Shown here one piece after another: positions 39,927-53,700 of a stretch of DNA of 64,000 nucleotides. Position numbers and translations under genes: made by a program. Each line of letters starts with the position of its first letter. Position 1 is the first letter of the stretch. Source of the DNA: Octopus bimaculoides (lineage: Eukaryota); the NCBI RefSeq assembly GCF_001194135.2, contig NC_068981.1, positions 59,787,003 through 59,851,002 on the forward strand, written 5' to 3'. A model generated the notes under the pieces. That model had not been told where the DNA came from. It did not search any database and saw nothing but the letters and a program-made list of their open reading frames with translations.

Positions 39927-41199
39927 CTATAGAGATTGAAACGATATTAGAGATTAAATAACGTGGGGTGGATATCTAAAATATCTAAAATTCATTAAAT
40001 GTATATCAATAATGAATTTCCGCTCCATCATTTTAAATTCTGTTCTCGTTAGGTGGTCTTGATATACATTTTTCTTGAGTCAACATAGTTATTTCCTGTA
40101 ATAGATTAAAATTAACCAAGAACACAGTAAACATCTCTTCAAAACATTAACCACATGACTAAGTAAGAAAGTAAATGAAAACTTCGAAATTAGTAAAATT
40201 GGCTGAGACCATAAAGAGCCTGACGTATATTTTTCTATAAGTTTTCGTTACTCGATACTTGTGCCTTTGTCTTTTATCGCTTCTGTCTCACTAGGCTTAA
40301 CAAGAAGTAGCATACTTTTTGAACAAATAGGAAATTTTATTCTTCAGCATTAATGTTAAAATCGGTTGCAGTAGCCTCGTGAAGCCCCATGAAATTGAAT
40401 CTGCGAGCCGGATTCAATTAATGTACATGAATCAATTTTGAAAATTATACTTTATACAATTTTTTATACTAACATTGCAATTCCAAATATTGTTTGGGAA
40501 GGAAGAAAATTAAGCTTGTGTTGGATATCGAATAATAGACAGAAACATTTATTCCTTTTATGTCCATATTTATCATGTTTGTTTTTGAAATATGTAAACA
40601 ATTTATTTATTTTAACCAGGCATCTGGGTAATAAAAGGGAAGAGAATTGTAAAGAGAAACGTTGTATAAATATAAATTCAAAAGAACTAAAATAGTTAAA
40701 CTTCGAAACGAAACCCTATAGAATTTTACAAGATGACTTGCCTCGGCTAACTTATGTGATCGTTTTGATTAACAAAGTATACTGTGACATTCTTTTACAC
40801 TGATATATCCCACTGAATAAAGTAAGAAGGCATAACGGTGTTTGGTGATTTAACTACGTATTCTCTTTTCTTAGATATTCATTTAAATCTATATTCTTTT
40901 TGTTCGATACTCATCTTAGATATAAAAAATATTTATCCACTTCTCATACTGTCATTCCCCCTTTGTTCTCACAAAACACTAAAATACCTAACATTTGCTT
41001 CTGTTAGAATTGAGATCATCACGATTGCCCTCATTTGTATTGATTATATTTCAGTAAAATATTTCATGAAATCTTTTATTCATTTATTTCCATGTTTATA
41101 GGTGATTACACACAACTTTCCATAACTGATTAAAAATCACTTTACCTAAGTCGGCTAGCGATTCAGCCGTTGACCAGTAAGATAACTCTTCAGCTGCAT

Positions 41200-41330
41200 A
41201 TAGGAGTTCCATGTGCTAGAAGAGAAGATGCTGTCAAATTTCTTTCAAATCACCACAAATCCTCATTATAGCCTACCAAAAAGGCAGCTGTGTTGGACAA
41301 TATTGTGCTGGATATACAAAATGACAACAG
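41200..41330 (+). mobile_element. Ancient LINE AP-endonuclease fragment
   Basis: PTKKAAVLDNIV resembles PTR..A.LDL.L. Confidence 0.25.
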
Positions 41331-42609
41331 CTGGAACATATTCTATTCTGAAGTATGTTAAATTTCAGATAATGAAGGTCCGAAAAATAACAATAATATT
41401 AACAAATTTACTTATCATGGTAGAGCACGTGCAAATGAATAAGTGATTAACGATAAGGATGTGTGACTAACCTCACTCCAAACCAATTTTGAAAATATAC
41501 GTTTTGGAATGTTGTGTAGTTATAGCAGTCAAATCTTGAAACTACTTGGTTCACATGATTTCTAAGTAGATAGAAACTACAATTCTTCGTGATAATTATA
41601 TCACCGACGTTGTTTAAGAGCAAAGCTAAAAATATGTTCTGGTGGTGAAACATTAAGAAATATTCTCAACGCGTGATTGTTCTATTAACTTTCGAGGTGA
41701 AGAAATTTAATGTTCTGTTGCTTGTTGTCTTAAATGGAATTTCTCTTAAAACACGGTAATTACATTAGTACAGCGTGTAGTTAGACTTCTCTATGTCTCT
41801 TGATTCTGTAAGTATCAATTTACAGAAGTTAGTGAACTTGAAATAATATTGAGATTTGAAACTGCAGACAATTCCAGAAAACTGAAATCAGGATTGAAAT
41901 TTAAAGAAAAACATCGTCGCTGTACGTATAATGTACACGAAGGTGAAGTGTACGATATAACATACTTGGATGTATCAGACACACAGAGCGTCTATTTCTA
42001 AGTCTTCTACATTATATATTTTGGCATTGATTGAGTGAGGTAGTTGAAACATCTTACTTTCAATAAATCGTTTATATTCTGACAGATTTTTTTTTTCAAC
42101 ACATGAAAGGAAACGTTCAAGTAGGAAAAATTTGGAGAGGGTTCACAGAATTTATTTGCCAGGAATGAGGCATATGCGAATGTAATACTGTTAAGTGTGA
42201 TGTCAAGAATAAAATATTTGAGTGTAGTGACCTGTCTTTATATAATCAATGTTTGAAAAGAAGATAGTACAATTAGAAATTGCAGAGATTTTCTCAAATT
42301 CCGACGCATGTATACTAGAGTGGGCCTCGAGACAAATTTAAATTGTTGGCCTGAGGTGTATATAGATAGCATAAACGCTATCTGCTAATGCACAAGAGTA
42401 CAGCACAAATAAGAAATTCAAATTGTGAGTAAGAAGCAGCTCAATATTATAAATATTATCGATATCACACACACACACGCTCAGATACAAACATACACAA
42501 TAAGCACACATACACAAATACATTCACATACATATGTAAACGTTGATTTACATAATTATTCGTAATGCGATTTTAAACATAATTATGCTAGTAGTTGTTG
42601 TGTATATCA

Positions 42610-43020
42610 CAGGAAATACCTTTGAAGGATTCCGCAGATCCTTTCTGCAGTCTTTAAAAAGGAAAGCCATAATGGATAATGTAGTCATGGATAAACGGAA
42701 ATATCGTAGGTAAAACATATCTGATTATACGTAACTTCGAACAGAATTAATCTGAAACTAAACAACAAAGATAGCAACAGAACCAACTTATGATAACCAA
42801 TTTACTTAACTATACTTACATGTGTTAGTGTGTGTGCCTCTGTGTGTCACTGTGTGCATGTGAAGTGTCGATGTGTATGAATATATGTCTTTGCGTGTCA
42901 GTGTTATAGTACAGAAGGAAGATTTTGAGAAGCCGAGTGTATGAAGAAGATATATGTATCATGCGCCTGTTCGGAGAAACAAGGCGTCCACACTTGAAGT
43001 ACGGTACTCAGAACATTCAA
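42610..43020 (+). mobile_element. Ancient CR1-like LINE fragments interrupted by simple repeats
   Basis: RKILRSRVY...RLF...RPHLKYGTQ resembles the CR1 motif ILRSF...LY..LVRPHLEY..Q. Confidence 0.4.
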
Positions 43021-43254
43021 GAAATTACATTTCTACAGTGTTTGCTTGCACACGGATTATACATCTGTTTAAATCCCTGTTACAACTTCCCTGTTGGAAT
43101 TTGATGGGTAGAAACAATATGAACAATTTATAGGCGAAAATCAATATTTAAAGGTAACATGACCGCTTCCCAAATTAGAAATCGTCTTATCTCTATGTAT
43201 TGATGAAAATTATATTGGCCAATAATTATAAAACGAAAGGACAATGGAAATAAG

Positions 43255-43380
43255 AAGTTTGCTTTACAACTACACGATTCCAGGTTCAGTCTTACTGTGT
43301 TGCACACTGGTTGATCATAGCCTTGTGAGTAGACTCAGTTGACGTAAATGGAAAGAAACCTGCATGTATATGTCAATGTG
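43255..43380 (+). mobile_element. SINE family B fragment
   Basis: ccaggttcagtcttactgtgttgcac...gccttgtgagtagac...gaaagaaacc, homologous to 52683-52830. Confidence 0.7.
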
Positions 43381-43496
43381 CGTGCGTGCGTGTGTGTGTA
43401 TGTGTACATGTTTTGTGCGCGCGCATTTGTGTGTGTGCGTGCGTTTGTGTTTATGTTATGTTGTATACATACATACATATATATATGCATATATAT

Positions 43497-43531
<35 letters not shown>

Positions 43532-43634
43532 AACATACATATATAAACATACATATATATAAACATACAAACATATATATAAACATACATACATATATAT
43601 AAACATACATATAAGCATAAATACATACATATAA

Positions 43635-43830
43635 ACCAGATGTTGAAGAGATGAAGAAAAAACGACAGACATGTTAAAAGTCATCACTTCGCAAGAGTTC
43701 CAGCCCTGCTTCGAACAATCCACTGATGCATTGCTTCCAATGGAGGATACTTTGAAGGCGAGAAAATGTGTAAACATGTATAAACTAAGTGAATAAAATA
43801 ATTCCGGTTCCTTTTGGGTACCCTCTCGAA
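43635..43830 (+). mobile_element. mariner 3' end (transposase C-terminus and TIR)
   Basis: PDVEEMKKK..DMLKVITSQEFQPCFEQ...CIASNGGYFEG, then ccggttccttttgggtaccctctcg, a TIR-like end. Confidence 0.85.
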
Positions 43831-44859
43831 TATATTTTATCCATCTAGTGCAATATGTCTATAGTATCTATATTCCTACATTCACACGCAGACACATAAA
43901 TACTCACACATGTGCACTCACACGCGTACACACTAACAATTTCACACACACACACTTGTGTGTATGGGTGTGAGCGTGTGTATGTGTGTGAAACTGTGCA
44001 GTTCGTACCGATGTTAGAAATCAATATTATTGGAAGAAATATTTGTAAGCAAAAATTAAAAATTTACAGATCTCTATGTAAAGAATTGCATAAATAATGT
44101 TTTGTAAATTTACTCTCTAACTCTCTTTCTCTGATCTATGACAATCCTAAACACTGTAGCTTTATAGTCAAGTCAGCTTTGAGAGAGCGTTGCTATGGAC
44201 TAAATCACTAGTGGCCAGTTCAGTTCATAGTAAACTTTTTAAAGACTTCAATGTCTTTTGGGACTCACCAGCTGAAAATCCCGCCAACAACTAACGACTG
44301 CATGACTGCGTAACCAGGCAACACGGAATATATTTCTTTTATAGTTCAGAAACAGCCATAATCGATAATTGATTGTTCTTCTTTTTCTCCTTCATCTACT
44401 ACCTTGCTTTTGTCCTTCTCAATATTCTGTTTGGAATCTCGTTTCATGACAGCTGTTTTTAGAAACGTGGTTTATTTGAAATTTAAAGCATAAATGAAAA
44501 TATAAATTGCATTTCTGTGATTGTCCATGTTACGTATTAAATATTAGGGAGTCTGCAGCTTTATCCAGATCAATAATGTGGATTTCTGCACATCGATATT
44601 GAAATTCCACCGCACTTGAGTGCTTTAGATTTTGGTTGGCAGTTTACCAATATCAGTGACCTCGATATGAAAATCATCATAAATGTTAGAGCTATATTAT
44701 TTACGATTATTTTTGCTGATTGAAGAAAGAAGGCGATCCTCTGTTTAAGGAATGCATGGGGAACTACGAAAGTTTCGGACCTTTTTTATGTTTCTTCACT
44801 TGTTCCATCTGTCCTTCTGAAAACAGCATACACATATTCCACCCTATTATGTTCTGATA

Positions 44860-46110
44860 TCCATTTGTACACACCAATCTTGATGTCTTCCACTTCGTTA
44901 CCATCCCGATTAGCTCCTTGTTGTCCTCGTCCATCATTATGCAAGTGTAGTTTACTTCATGGGGAGGGGAATTGTTTGTGCTTTGTTGTGTCAGCGATTC
45001 TTATTTTTCTTTTAAGCTTGTCTAGGAGGGGAATGGGTGGGTTCGGTGTCAATAGGGAGAGGGTGGGTCTCAGAGGGTATGGGTGAAGTGATCAATGTTT
45101 GGGGTTCCACATTATACTTTTTGTCTTCTTCCTTTTCCCATCTGCCATTTTCCATTCTGCCTCTCTTTCATCCTCTTTTTCTTTTTCCTCTTCTTGCTTC
45201 TTTTCCGGCATTTCTTCTGTTGTTCGCTTTTGTAGAGGGCAGTGTGCTCTAATGTGGCCTTTTTGGCCACATTTAAAACAGCGTGGAGTCCTGCCCTCTA
45301 CTCACACTTTCAATATTTTGTGGCTTGGAGGATGGCCACCTCCTTCTCGCTACCAAAGAGCATAGCCGCCACGACCCAAGCCACATCAATTTCTAGTGGA
45401 ATTCGCTCTACGCTTATCCTTGATGTCCTTCTTCCCATATATGTAGGTAGAAGCACCATTTTATCTGTTGCGTTCTCTATTGTTTTAGCTTCCGACTTGA
45501 ATAATACTATTATGGATCCAAATTTACTCCCTCTGACCAGATACGTAATGTATGGCCAGACCGAGCACAATGCCTTTTCAAAGATCCTTTCTTCCACATT
45601 TTCAATTCTCCTGTTTTCCATTGAGTATACTTTGTATATCACAATTTTTCTGTCAATCTTTTCTATTTTCTTCTGGAGTGGTGATAAATTAACGTCACCA
45701 CCTATTCTGGTTACCGTTCTTCCGTAACTTTCCATGTTGGAGAGGTCTACCTCCCTCTTCCTCACCTCCACCGCCTCTGCTAAACTTTTCTTTTCTAAAA
45801 CTTTGTCCATCCTTTCGACAGTATGAACCAACCCCTCTTCCGAAGAAGAAACTTCGGAACCGCTAAATTCCGAATAGCACATTCTCGTAGCTTACCTCTC
45901 GATATTCTCGAGAGAAAGCACAACTTTAAACCGCTGCTAAAGCAGCACAAAAACAACTGACAATTTAACCAACAATAACTTTAACAGCAACTTTAAACAT
46001 TAACTAACCTTTAGTACAACAAATTTACCACTGCAACTTCACTCGACTCCGAACTCTGAACTCACTTGGATCGTTGCTATTTATACTTTACTCGGACCAG
46101 TATGTCACGC
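44860..46110 (-). mobile_element. ORF1/gag-like retroelement unit (resembling L1-Tx1 ORF1) with a CCHC zinc knuckle; one frameshift and one stop
   Basis: ORF 45310..45882 (...LLPTYMGRRTSRISVERIPLEIDVAWVVAAML), then KV*VEGRTPRCFKCGQKGHIRAHCP with the knuckle at 45239-45280, followed by a Glu/Lys-rich tail. Confidence 0.75.
46077..46085 (-). promoter_or_regulatory. TATA box upstream of the gag-like ORF
   Basis: TATAAATAG on the minus strand about 195 nt upstream of the ATG at 45882. Confidence 0.4.
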
Positions 46111-46755
46111 CCCTTTTGAGATTTCGACTACTGTGAGAGAGGGGAATTTCTTTTATCTTAATTTTCTTTTCTTTTCCAGCACATCTCCCTCTTTTTTTTT
46201 TTAGCTATTGTATCAAATTTAATATCTTTTTCGTTTAGGTATTATTTCCATATTTTCAGTCTGTTTTCGTATTTCCATCTTTATACTTGTGTTGCAAGAC
46301 TGCGCCTATTCCGTACTCCGAAACATCAGGCGCTACAACAATGTCCATTCTAGGATCGAAATGCGTTAATGACAAGTCACAAATTAGTATTTTCTTTATG
46401 TGTTCAAATGAGTTTTGACACTTTACTGACCAATTCCATTTTGCTTCTTTTTTTTTAGTAAATCGTATAATGGTGCTCTCAATTTATGTATATTTGGAAT
46501 GTACTGTTGGTAGTAATTTACTAGGTCAAGGAAAGATTGTAATGTCGGATCAACTGAGTGCCAACAACAACACATATATATATATATAGATATACATATA
46601 TGTGTGTGTTTGTGCGCATGTGTGTGGAAGTGCGTGCGCGCGCGCGCGTAAGTGTTGTGTCAGCGAGAAACGGCGGCATGTGAATTTTTTATAAATAGAA
46701 TTATAAACCTCCACCGTATATTGACTATACAAAATAGTCTAATGCTAGTGCATAA

Positions 46756-46756
<1 letters not shown>

Positions 46757-46794
<38 letters not shown>

Positions 46795-46928
46795 TATTCA
46801 TGCACGCGCGCACATGCATACAGACACAAACACACTCACACACAGACACAGAGACAGACACACACACATACACACGCACATACACATGCAGACACACACA
46901 CATACACACACACACACAGACACACACA

Positions 46929-46978
<50 letters not shown>
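46757..46978. repeat. (CA)n-rich microsatellite
   Basis: Direct reading. Confidence 0.95.
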
Positions 46979-46981
<3 letters not shown>

Positions 46982-48499
46982 TTCTACCGGCAATTGGATT
47001 TTGTTATTTTTCTTTAGATTAGATTGTTAGGTATTGCAGCTTTGCAAAATTGGTGATTGGATTATATATCTAGTACCTCTATCAGCTCTGAAGTTTCTAC
47101 TGCATTGATAACTAGGGTGATTCGGCAACTTACTGGTGATTACTACAATAATAGTTTCAATACCATTATGGTCACTGCCTCGTAGTAAAATAGGGCGAAC
47201 ATGAGAACATTTATATTAGAAAGGTCTGTTGCAGTTGCTAGTTTTCGTGTGTACATTTTGATAGTGGCAACATTTTAAGTTTTCTTCAGCAATTCAGAAA
47301 GCTGTCTGAAAAATGAATTTTTCAATGGAGCAGCAATTATTTTGATCTCTTCACTGATTGAAACAGTTTCGACCACAAGCAAATATTTTTCGACGTTTCT
47401 GTTTTCTTGTCTCTTTCAATATTTAGATATAATATCATAGCAAAGTGAAACTTTTAATTGTAAAGCTAAAGAGTTTTTTTCTTTTAATATTTTTTGAGAT
47501 TTTGGACTTGTAAAGTCAGTTACAACGCTTTTCATGGCCTCATGCAAAAAGTCAATATCAGATGCTATCTCAAGGAAAACTCCCATTTTTGATCAAAAAT
47601 TAATTAATCAATTTACAAATTTATTGTATTAATGATGCGAAAAGAAACACATGTCAAAGAGATTCGCACTACAGTTAGTTGAGATTATGGCTATATTTGA
47701 AAGGTGAAAATTTATTCGTTGTCAGATTTGTAGATGCTTGCACAGTTATTTCATAGTTCTCTAGTTAGCGCAAACTGTAATCTACCACTATAGTTATGGA
47801 AATTTTTAGCGACACCTTAGCTTACGTAAGTTACAGAAAGTTCATTAGGAGATAGCCGTTTAATATGCACCCACGGAACTTAAACATAGTAAAGATGTCG
47901 CTACCAGTTAAGCGCTTACGATAAGATCATTAGTCTTTTTTTCAGCATAAGGTACTAATATCACCAACTATTGATGACAGTTTTTGTCATAATTCATAAT
48001 GTAAACACTGTTCATTTTAGGAAGTTAGTGCATCTACAAACCTATCATGTCATAACTTTTGTTTCATAATAAAGTGCATTATTTGTTTCACAGTGAAATA
48101 CTGTCTCGTGCTTACGAACTGAAAACTGAATTGGGACTGTTTTTTCAATGCTCATTTTCAGTAAACATTTAACTGGTTACAATTGATATGCTTTATTCGA
48201 ATACTTCATTTATATATAATTTCATTGGTTTATTTCATTCAGAAATAAGGTCGCCAGAAAAATAAATCCAGAAAATAATTTTCATTTTCGACGAGCAAAG
48301 TGTGTCCCTTTCTCAGACAGCTGGCCTCGCGGAAAAAATGTTATACACAGAAGAGGATTAAGTATGTTTCGTCATCTTTTTGTTATTATGTTTCGGTATT
48401 TTATTTATTTATTGGTAGTGGTGGTGGTGGTGGTGATAGTGGTGGTTGGTGGTTGAGGGCGTCATGTATCGTAATTTTTGCAGCGCGTTGATGTCAGTG

Positions 48500-48840
48500 T
48501 AACGCAAGTCTTTCTGATTAAGTGCGAATTCTCCCATTGGATGAACTCATAGCCTTACTTCATTCTGATTTTCTCATAGTTTTTCTTGGTAAAAAATATT
48601 GAGCTGGCGTGCCTTCCCCACCTGGATGGCTGTTAGCTCACCAGGAGCTCATCTGTCATTTGACAGGTATAGTTTTTAGACTTGCTAGGTATCCAGACGC
48701 CCTCCTCATAAGAGTAGCAACACACTCCAAAGGGGGAGCCAGTTTAGTCGCCGGCTACTCGACTTTGAAAGACGTAGGCTTGTTTTATTTGGTACCCATA
48801 GCAGGTCTCAATAGTCTGTGATGATATTGCAGACCCGACT
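48500..48840 (-). mobile_element. Ancient LINE RT fragment
   Basis: TGSP/PL.SVLL (resembles QGCPLS) and DLRYTDINAL (resembles LRYADD). Confidence 0.35.
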
Positions 48841-48994
48841 TCACTATAGTACAGAGTAGTTGTATTGCAGTCTCTAATGACTGAGCATGTAATCATTTGT
48901 TCACTTGTTCACTACTTATCCTTTCTGGGCCATCAGTAATTATCTAAGTGACGTTGCGGCATTATTTCTCGATTCTCACAGTAAACTAATCTCA

Positions 48995-49265
48995 TTGCCG
49001 CAGAAGTAAGTAAATTGATTGACATATCCGGCGACATGACAGTGAGATCAACATTTACAGAAATATCGATTGACATTTTCAAGATATCGAAGAAAATGAA
49101 TATTCAGAAATAGCAGATAAATACCAAGCTTTAAAAGAGTTAATAGCTTTTCCTATCACAAACTTTTGAAAGCTGGGATCCATATTGTTAACAAGAAGAA
49201 GCAGCGCTATTGTCGATTTAATGTTGCACATAGCACATCTCTTTCTCAAATATTGCACTACAACT
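48995..49265 (+). mobile_element. hAT (Buster/Charlie-like) transposase C-terminal dimerisation-domain relic
   Basis: KLIDISGDMTVRSTF...EYSEIADK..ALKELIAFPITNF.KAG...NKKKQRYCRFNVAH resembles EYP.LA..ALK.L.PF.TTYLCE.GFS...K.K.R.RL.V. Confidence 0.6.
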
Positions 49266-49545
49266 TGTGAGTATATTTGGTAGACGGAAACTGAAAGAAG
49301 ACCGTCGTATATGTATATCTATGTATATGTACGTGTTTGTTTGTCTGCATTTGTCTCCCCATCATAGCTTGACAACCAACGTTGGTGTATTTACGTCCCC
49401 GTAACTTAGCGGTTCTGCAAAAGAGACCGGCAGAATAACCACTAGGATTACAAAGAATAAGTCCTGGAGTCGATTTGTTCGACTAAAGGCGGTGCTGCAA
49501 CATAGGCGCAGTCAAATGACTGAAACAGATGAAAGACTGAAAATA
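49265..49545 (+). mobile_element. SINE family B, 5'-truncated
   Basis: cttgtgagtatatttggtagacggaaactgaaagaagacc...tttacgtccccgtaacttagcggttc...ggcggtgctgcaacata...gactgaaaca. Confidence 0.9.
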
Positions 49546-49558
49546 AGAATACATACGT

Positions 49559-49591
<33 letters not shown>

Positions 49592-49799
49592 NNNNNNNNN
49601 NNNNNNNNNNNNNNNNNNNNNNNNNNNNNNNNNNNNNNNNNNNNNNNNNNNNTATATATATATATATTCAGAAGATGCACACCATTGAAATATTAAAAGT
49701 TTGCCACTCTCTCATCGCTAACGAGCAGCCCCATATTTTAACAAATGATCTACCGGAAATAGATAGTTCAAGCACAAAGAGAAGTATGCTACAAATTTA

Positions 49800-50010
49800 A
49801 TGAGACACCTGTCTTCTATGCAGTTTACAAATTTCATTAAGTTGTAGTGCAAATATTTTCGAAAGAGATGTGTTATGTGAAACATTACAGCGGCAATAGC
49901 GCTGCTTCTTCTTGTTAATGATGTGGATTCCAGCTTAGTATAGTACTTTAGTTGAGGCACCAGAATTTAGTGCGGTCTTCTCCATACAATTTCAAAGTAA
50001 GGTGATTAAA
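49800..50010 (-). mobile_element. Second hAT C-terminal relic, inverted relative to the first
   Basis: AGIHIINKKKQRYCRCNVSH...EICKLHRRQVSH*. About 95 bp (49843-49935) are the reverse complement of 49170-49265 at roughly 80%. Confidence 0.6.
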
Positions 50011-50620
50011 ATCAAAATAAGCAACAAGAATATCCACAAGCATTGCAGTACGATCGTTTCATGCAGCTCCATTTAATTGAACAACGCAATCATTACATCA
50101 ATTTAAAATGCAGAGCAATCCTCAGCTGCACAAGGACATAGAATTTAGTTAAATTAGAACAAATGGACACATTTACTATAATTATACCTAAAATCTCCAA
50201 GAAGTTAAGGAGATAGACAAAGAACATGTTGTCTTCACTTCGGCATAGAATTATCAAGAAGACTCTCACTGTCACTGATTTTATTTTTTTTATGGGGTAA
50301 GTTTTAATTTATAGACTAGTTTATCAGATCTTTGTATATCTAAGGCTGAGGAGAATAAAGGGCAATATCTGTTAGGAATAGGGCTGAAGGAGCAGACAGA
50401 AATCATAGTTGCTTTGTGTGTGTGTGTATAAACTAGGCTATTCTTCAGGCTCCGTAATCACCATTTTTCTAGAGTCAACTGGATTTTGTTCCTTTTTGTT
50501 AGCTGTTACAGCGTTGCAAAATTGCTGTCTTGCTTATTATATATCGAACACTTTTATCAGCTCTTAAATTCTACCACATGCACACGCGCGCTCGCACACA
50601 CCACGATACGCTGTCACACA

Positions 50621-50621
<1 letters not shown>

Positions 50622-50717
<96 letters not shown>
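50622..50717. repeat. (CA)n microsatellite
   Basis: Direct reading. Confidence 0.98.
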
Positions 50718-50719
<2 letters not shown>

Positions 50720-52314
50720 TTGTTTGTGAATGTATACCAGCGATTATGTACTCGTTCAGAAAAGTGAAAACTTCATTTCTATGAACTGTCTGCCGTCGAA
50801 ATATGTGAAATCAGTCATAAGCTCATTGGCGTCTAATAAATAACAATGCTACTGTACACATAATGCATGATAATCAAGCTAGCAACAATAATAAATATGC
50901 ATAACGTGATTATTATTTATATTCGTATTATTATCATTATTAAAATGTTGAGTTTGCAGAATCGTTAGCGCGTGGGACAAATAACATAGTTGTATTTCTT
51001 CTGGTCTTTTACTTTCTATGTGCAGATATTGCTGAGTTCAACATTGTCCTCCATCTTTTCAGGGTCAATAAAATAAATACCAGTTGAGGACTGTGGTCAA
51101 TATCATCGACTAAACCCCTCTCTCGAAATTTCAGGCATTGCACTAAAATGTAAAGCAATCGATGTAAGATGACGTGGTGGCAGAATGGTCTGCGCATCGG
51201 ATGCTACTACTTTGAGGCATTTCTCTGACCATTTCTTTACATTGTGGTTTCAAGTTCCATTGAGGTTAACCATGCTTTTTATCCTTATTTGGAGGCTACA
51301 ATAAATGCCAGTTGAACACTGGAGTTGATATAATCGACTAGCTCCTCAACCTCCAAAAAAGCATCAAATTTTTAGGGTCATGTAACCTATAGTAGGAAGA
51401 ATTATATCCTTAATTTTACCAGTGATGATAAATTTTTAAGTATGTGAGAAATATTTCAGCTGTAACCTTGGAAATTTATAACTATGTACTATTAACCATT
51501 GTTTTCAAAGAAATTATAACAGCTGTTACAGTCATCTTTCAATTTATACTTTTGATGTTATATTTTGCTTTGTTTTTGTCATTTTTCGTAGAAATATGTA
51601 CCAAATCTTATAAAATATCTCTTAGTTTATTGAAAAATAAACAACAATAACAAATAACAATAACAAAACATCCTCTGGTAAACGAAAACAAAAACTGAGG
51701 AAAAACGATTTAAGAAAAGAAAAGAAGGAACAACCAATAATAGAAGATAAAAATATATAAAAAGAGAGGTTATCTTCATTGAAATTGAAAGTATTATTTC
51801 TGAAACCACCACTTCAAACATTTCTAAGAAAATAAAATATCAAATACAATTACAAGAAGATCTCAACATCGATAGCAAAGTGGTATTGTTATTTCTTCTC
51901 TAGATTCCTATAATATTCAAGATCGGGGAAAAGGAGATAAAAGGAGTTATATGAAATGTTAGGCTTACAATAACCACAATTATAACGACAGTGGAAACAG
52001 ATTATTTCTATACTTTCGAGGAATATTTCGGTAAATAAAAAAAAAGCTCACATAGTATTAGGATATAATAACTTATTTTCCCCGACGATTTCAACGTGCG
52101 TGAAATCGACCGCAAGTTCGAAATCAATGAGACAATTGATTTACGGTATTCAGAGAAGAAATAAATAAAGTTTTGGTCCAGCGATTGGTGTAAAGGTAAG
52201 GACACAAATCGATAACTTCAAACTATGCAGTTCTTAATCAACTATCGTAATTCTGTTCAAGAAAATCATTCACACTTCAGTTTAAGTAGGAAAAAAAGGT
52301 TTCTCCTTTGTAAA

Positions 52315-52353
<39 letters not shown>

Positions 52354-52461
52354 TGTCCAAGAAGGGCCGCTTACTCTCAACACGTTCACAATAATTAATG
52401 CATATGAATTTACTCTATAGACCAAATCTCACTCTTTATTCATGTATGCATATATATATAC

Positions 52462-52531
<70 letters not shown>

Positions 52532-52682
52532 ATATGTCTCTCTCTATATATATATGCCTGTCTGTCTATCTATATGTGTGTGCGCGTGTGTATGTGTATA
52601 TTAATATATGATATGTACATATGCATACATACATACATACATACATATAAATATATATATATAAACTTAGAAATAGATACTT

Positions 52683-53161
52683 GGCGTTCAATCGTGTGGT
52701 AAGTAGCTTGCTTACGATCCACATGGTTCCGGGTTCAGTCCCACTGCGTGGCACCTTGGGCCGACCAAAGCCTTGTGAGTTGATTTGATAGACGGAATCT
52801 AAAAGAAGCCCGTCGTATATATGTATATATATATNNNNNNNNNNNNNNNNNNNNNNNNNNNNNNNNNNNNNNNNNNNNNNNNNNNNNNNNNNNNNNNNNN
52901 NNNNNNNNNNNNNNNNNNNNNNNNNNNNNNNNNNNNNNNNNNNNTGCATGTATCTGTGTTTGTCCCCCACAACATCGCTTGACAACCGATGCTGATGTGT
53001 TTACGTCCCCGTAACTTAGCGGTTCGGCAAAAGAGCCCGATAGAATAAGTGCTAGGCTTACAAAGAATGAGTCCTGGGGTCGATTATCTCGATTAAAAGG
53101 AGGTGCTGCAGCATGGCCACAGTGAAATGACTGAAACAAGTAAAAGAGTAAAAGAGAGAAA
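52683..53161 (+). mobile_element. Near full-length tRNA-derived SINE, family B, with an internal microsatellite and gap
   Basis: A-box-like gtgtggtaagtagc and B-box-like ggttccgggttcagtccc; body homologous to 49265-49545; tail (AAGAGTA)n. Confidence 0.92.
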
Positions 53162-53189
53162 GAGTATATATACACACACACATGCATAT

Positions 53190-53700
53190 ATTGATACCGG
53201 ACGTCACCAACAGTAAACAACATGAAATACGAAAACAAATGAGCTCAATACGCACACAACGAGAGAAACAAATGGAAAGCAGGACAATTAACATAAAGAA
53301 CGACACTTCATCAGTTGTCGGCTATCTATCTACTCCTCATTTCGAGCATTAAACGACAATACGAGTCTTCGAAGACAGTTGCTCCCATAAGTGCCAAAAT
53401 AAAAAGTTGGGAACAAAAACCGGACAGTGGCGACAAAGAAGGAAACCGAACGAAGACAAACGTGGGTGGGGTCGTTAGACCAGAGCGAGGGTAAAATAGC
53501 GAACGCTGGAGAAATGTATTCTTTGATAAGAGAAACGATAGAAGAAATAGATAGGATACATGCAGTCCGTAAGACAGTCCTGAAAAAAAAGAAAGATTAT
53601 CACGTGAGGAAAAGAAAGATGGACGATGGTCACATGTGAGCAACGAGACAGAGAAACGAGAAAAGACGGAAGAGAGAGAGACAGATAGAAAACTGTGAAG
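53190..53700. repeat. Unclassified segment that looks like an interspersed repeat
   Basis: CpG-richer and purine-skewed, sharply distinct from its flanks, with no coding motif recognised. Confidence 0.4.

Noticed and set aside
42613-43100. Two apparent plus-strand exons (42613-42709 and from 42915) that splice in frame
   Set aside because: The second encodes RPHLKYGTQ, matching the CR1 LINE motif RPHLEY, so a decayed LINE explains it better. Short open frames are also expected by chance.
48640-48830. Discoidin-like or Cys-rich exon candidate (SPFGV..GVWIP), similar to 62350-62520
   Set aside because: Both contain stops and map to the QG..LS and YADD region of LINE RT.
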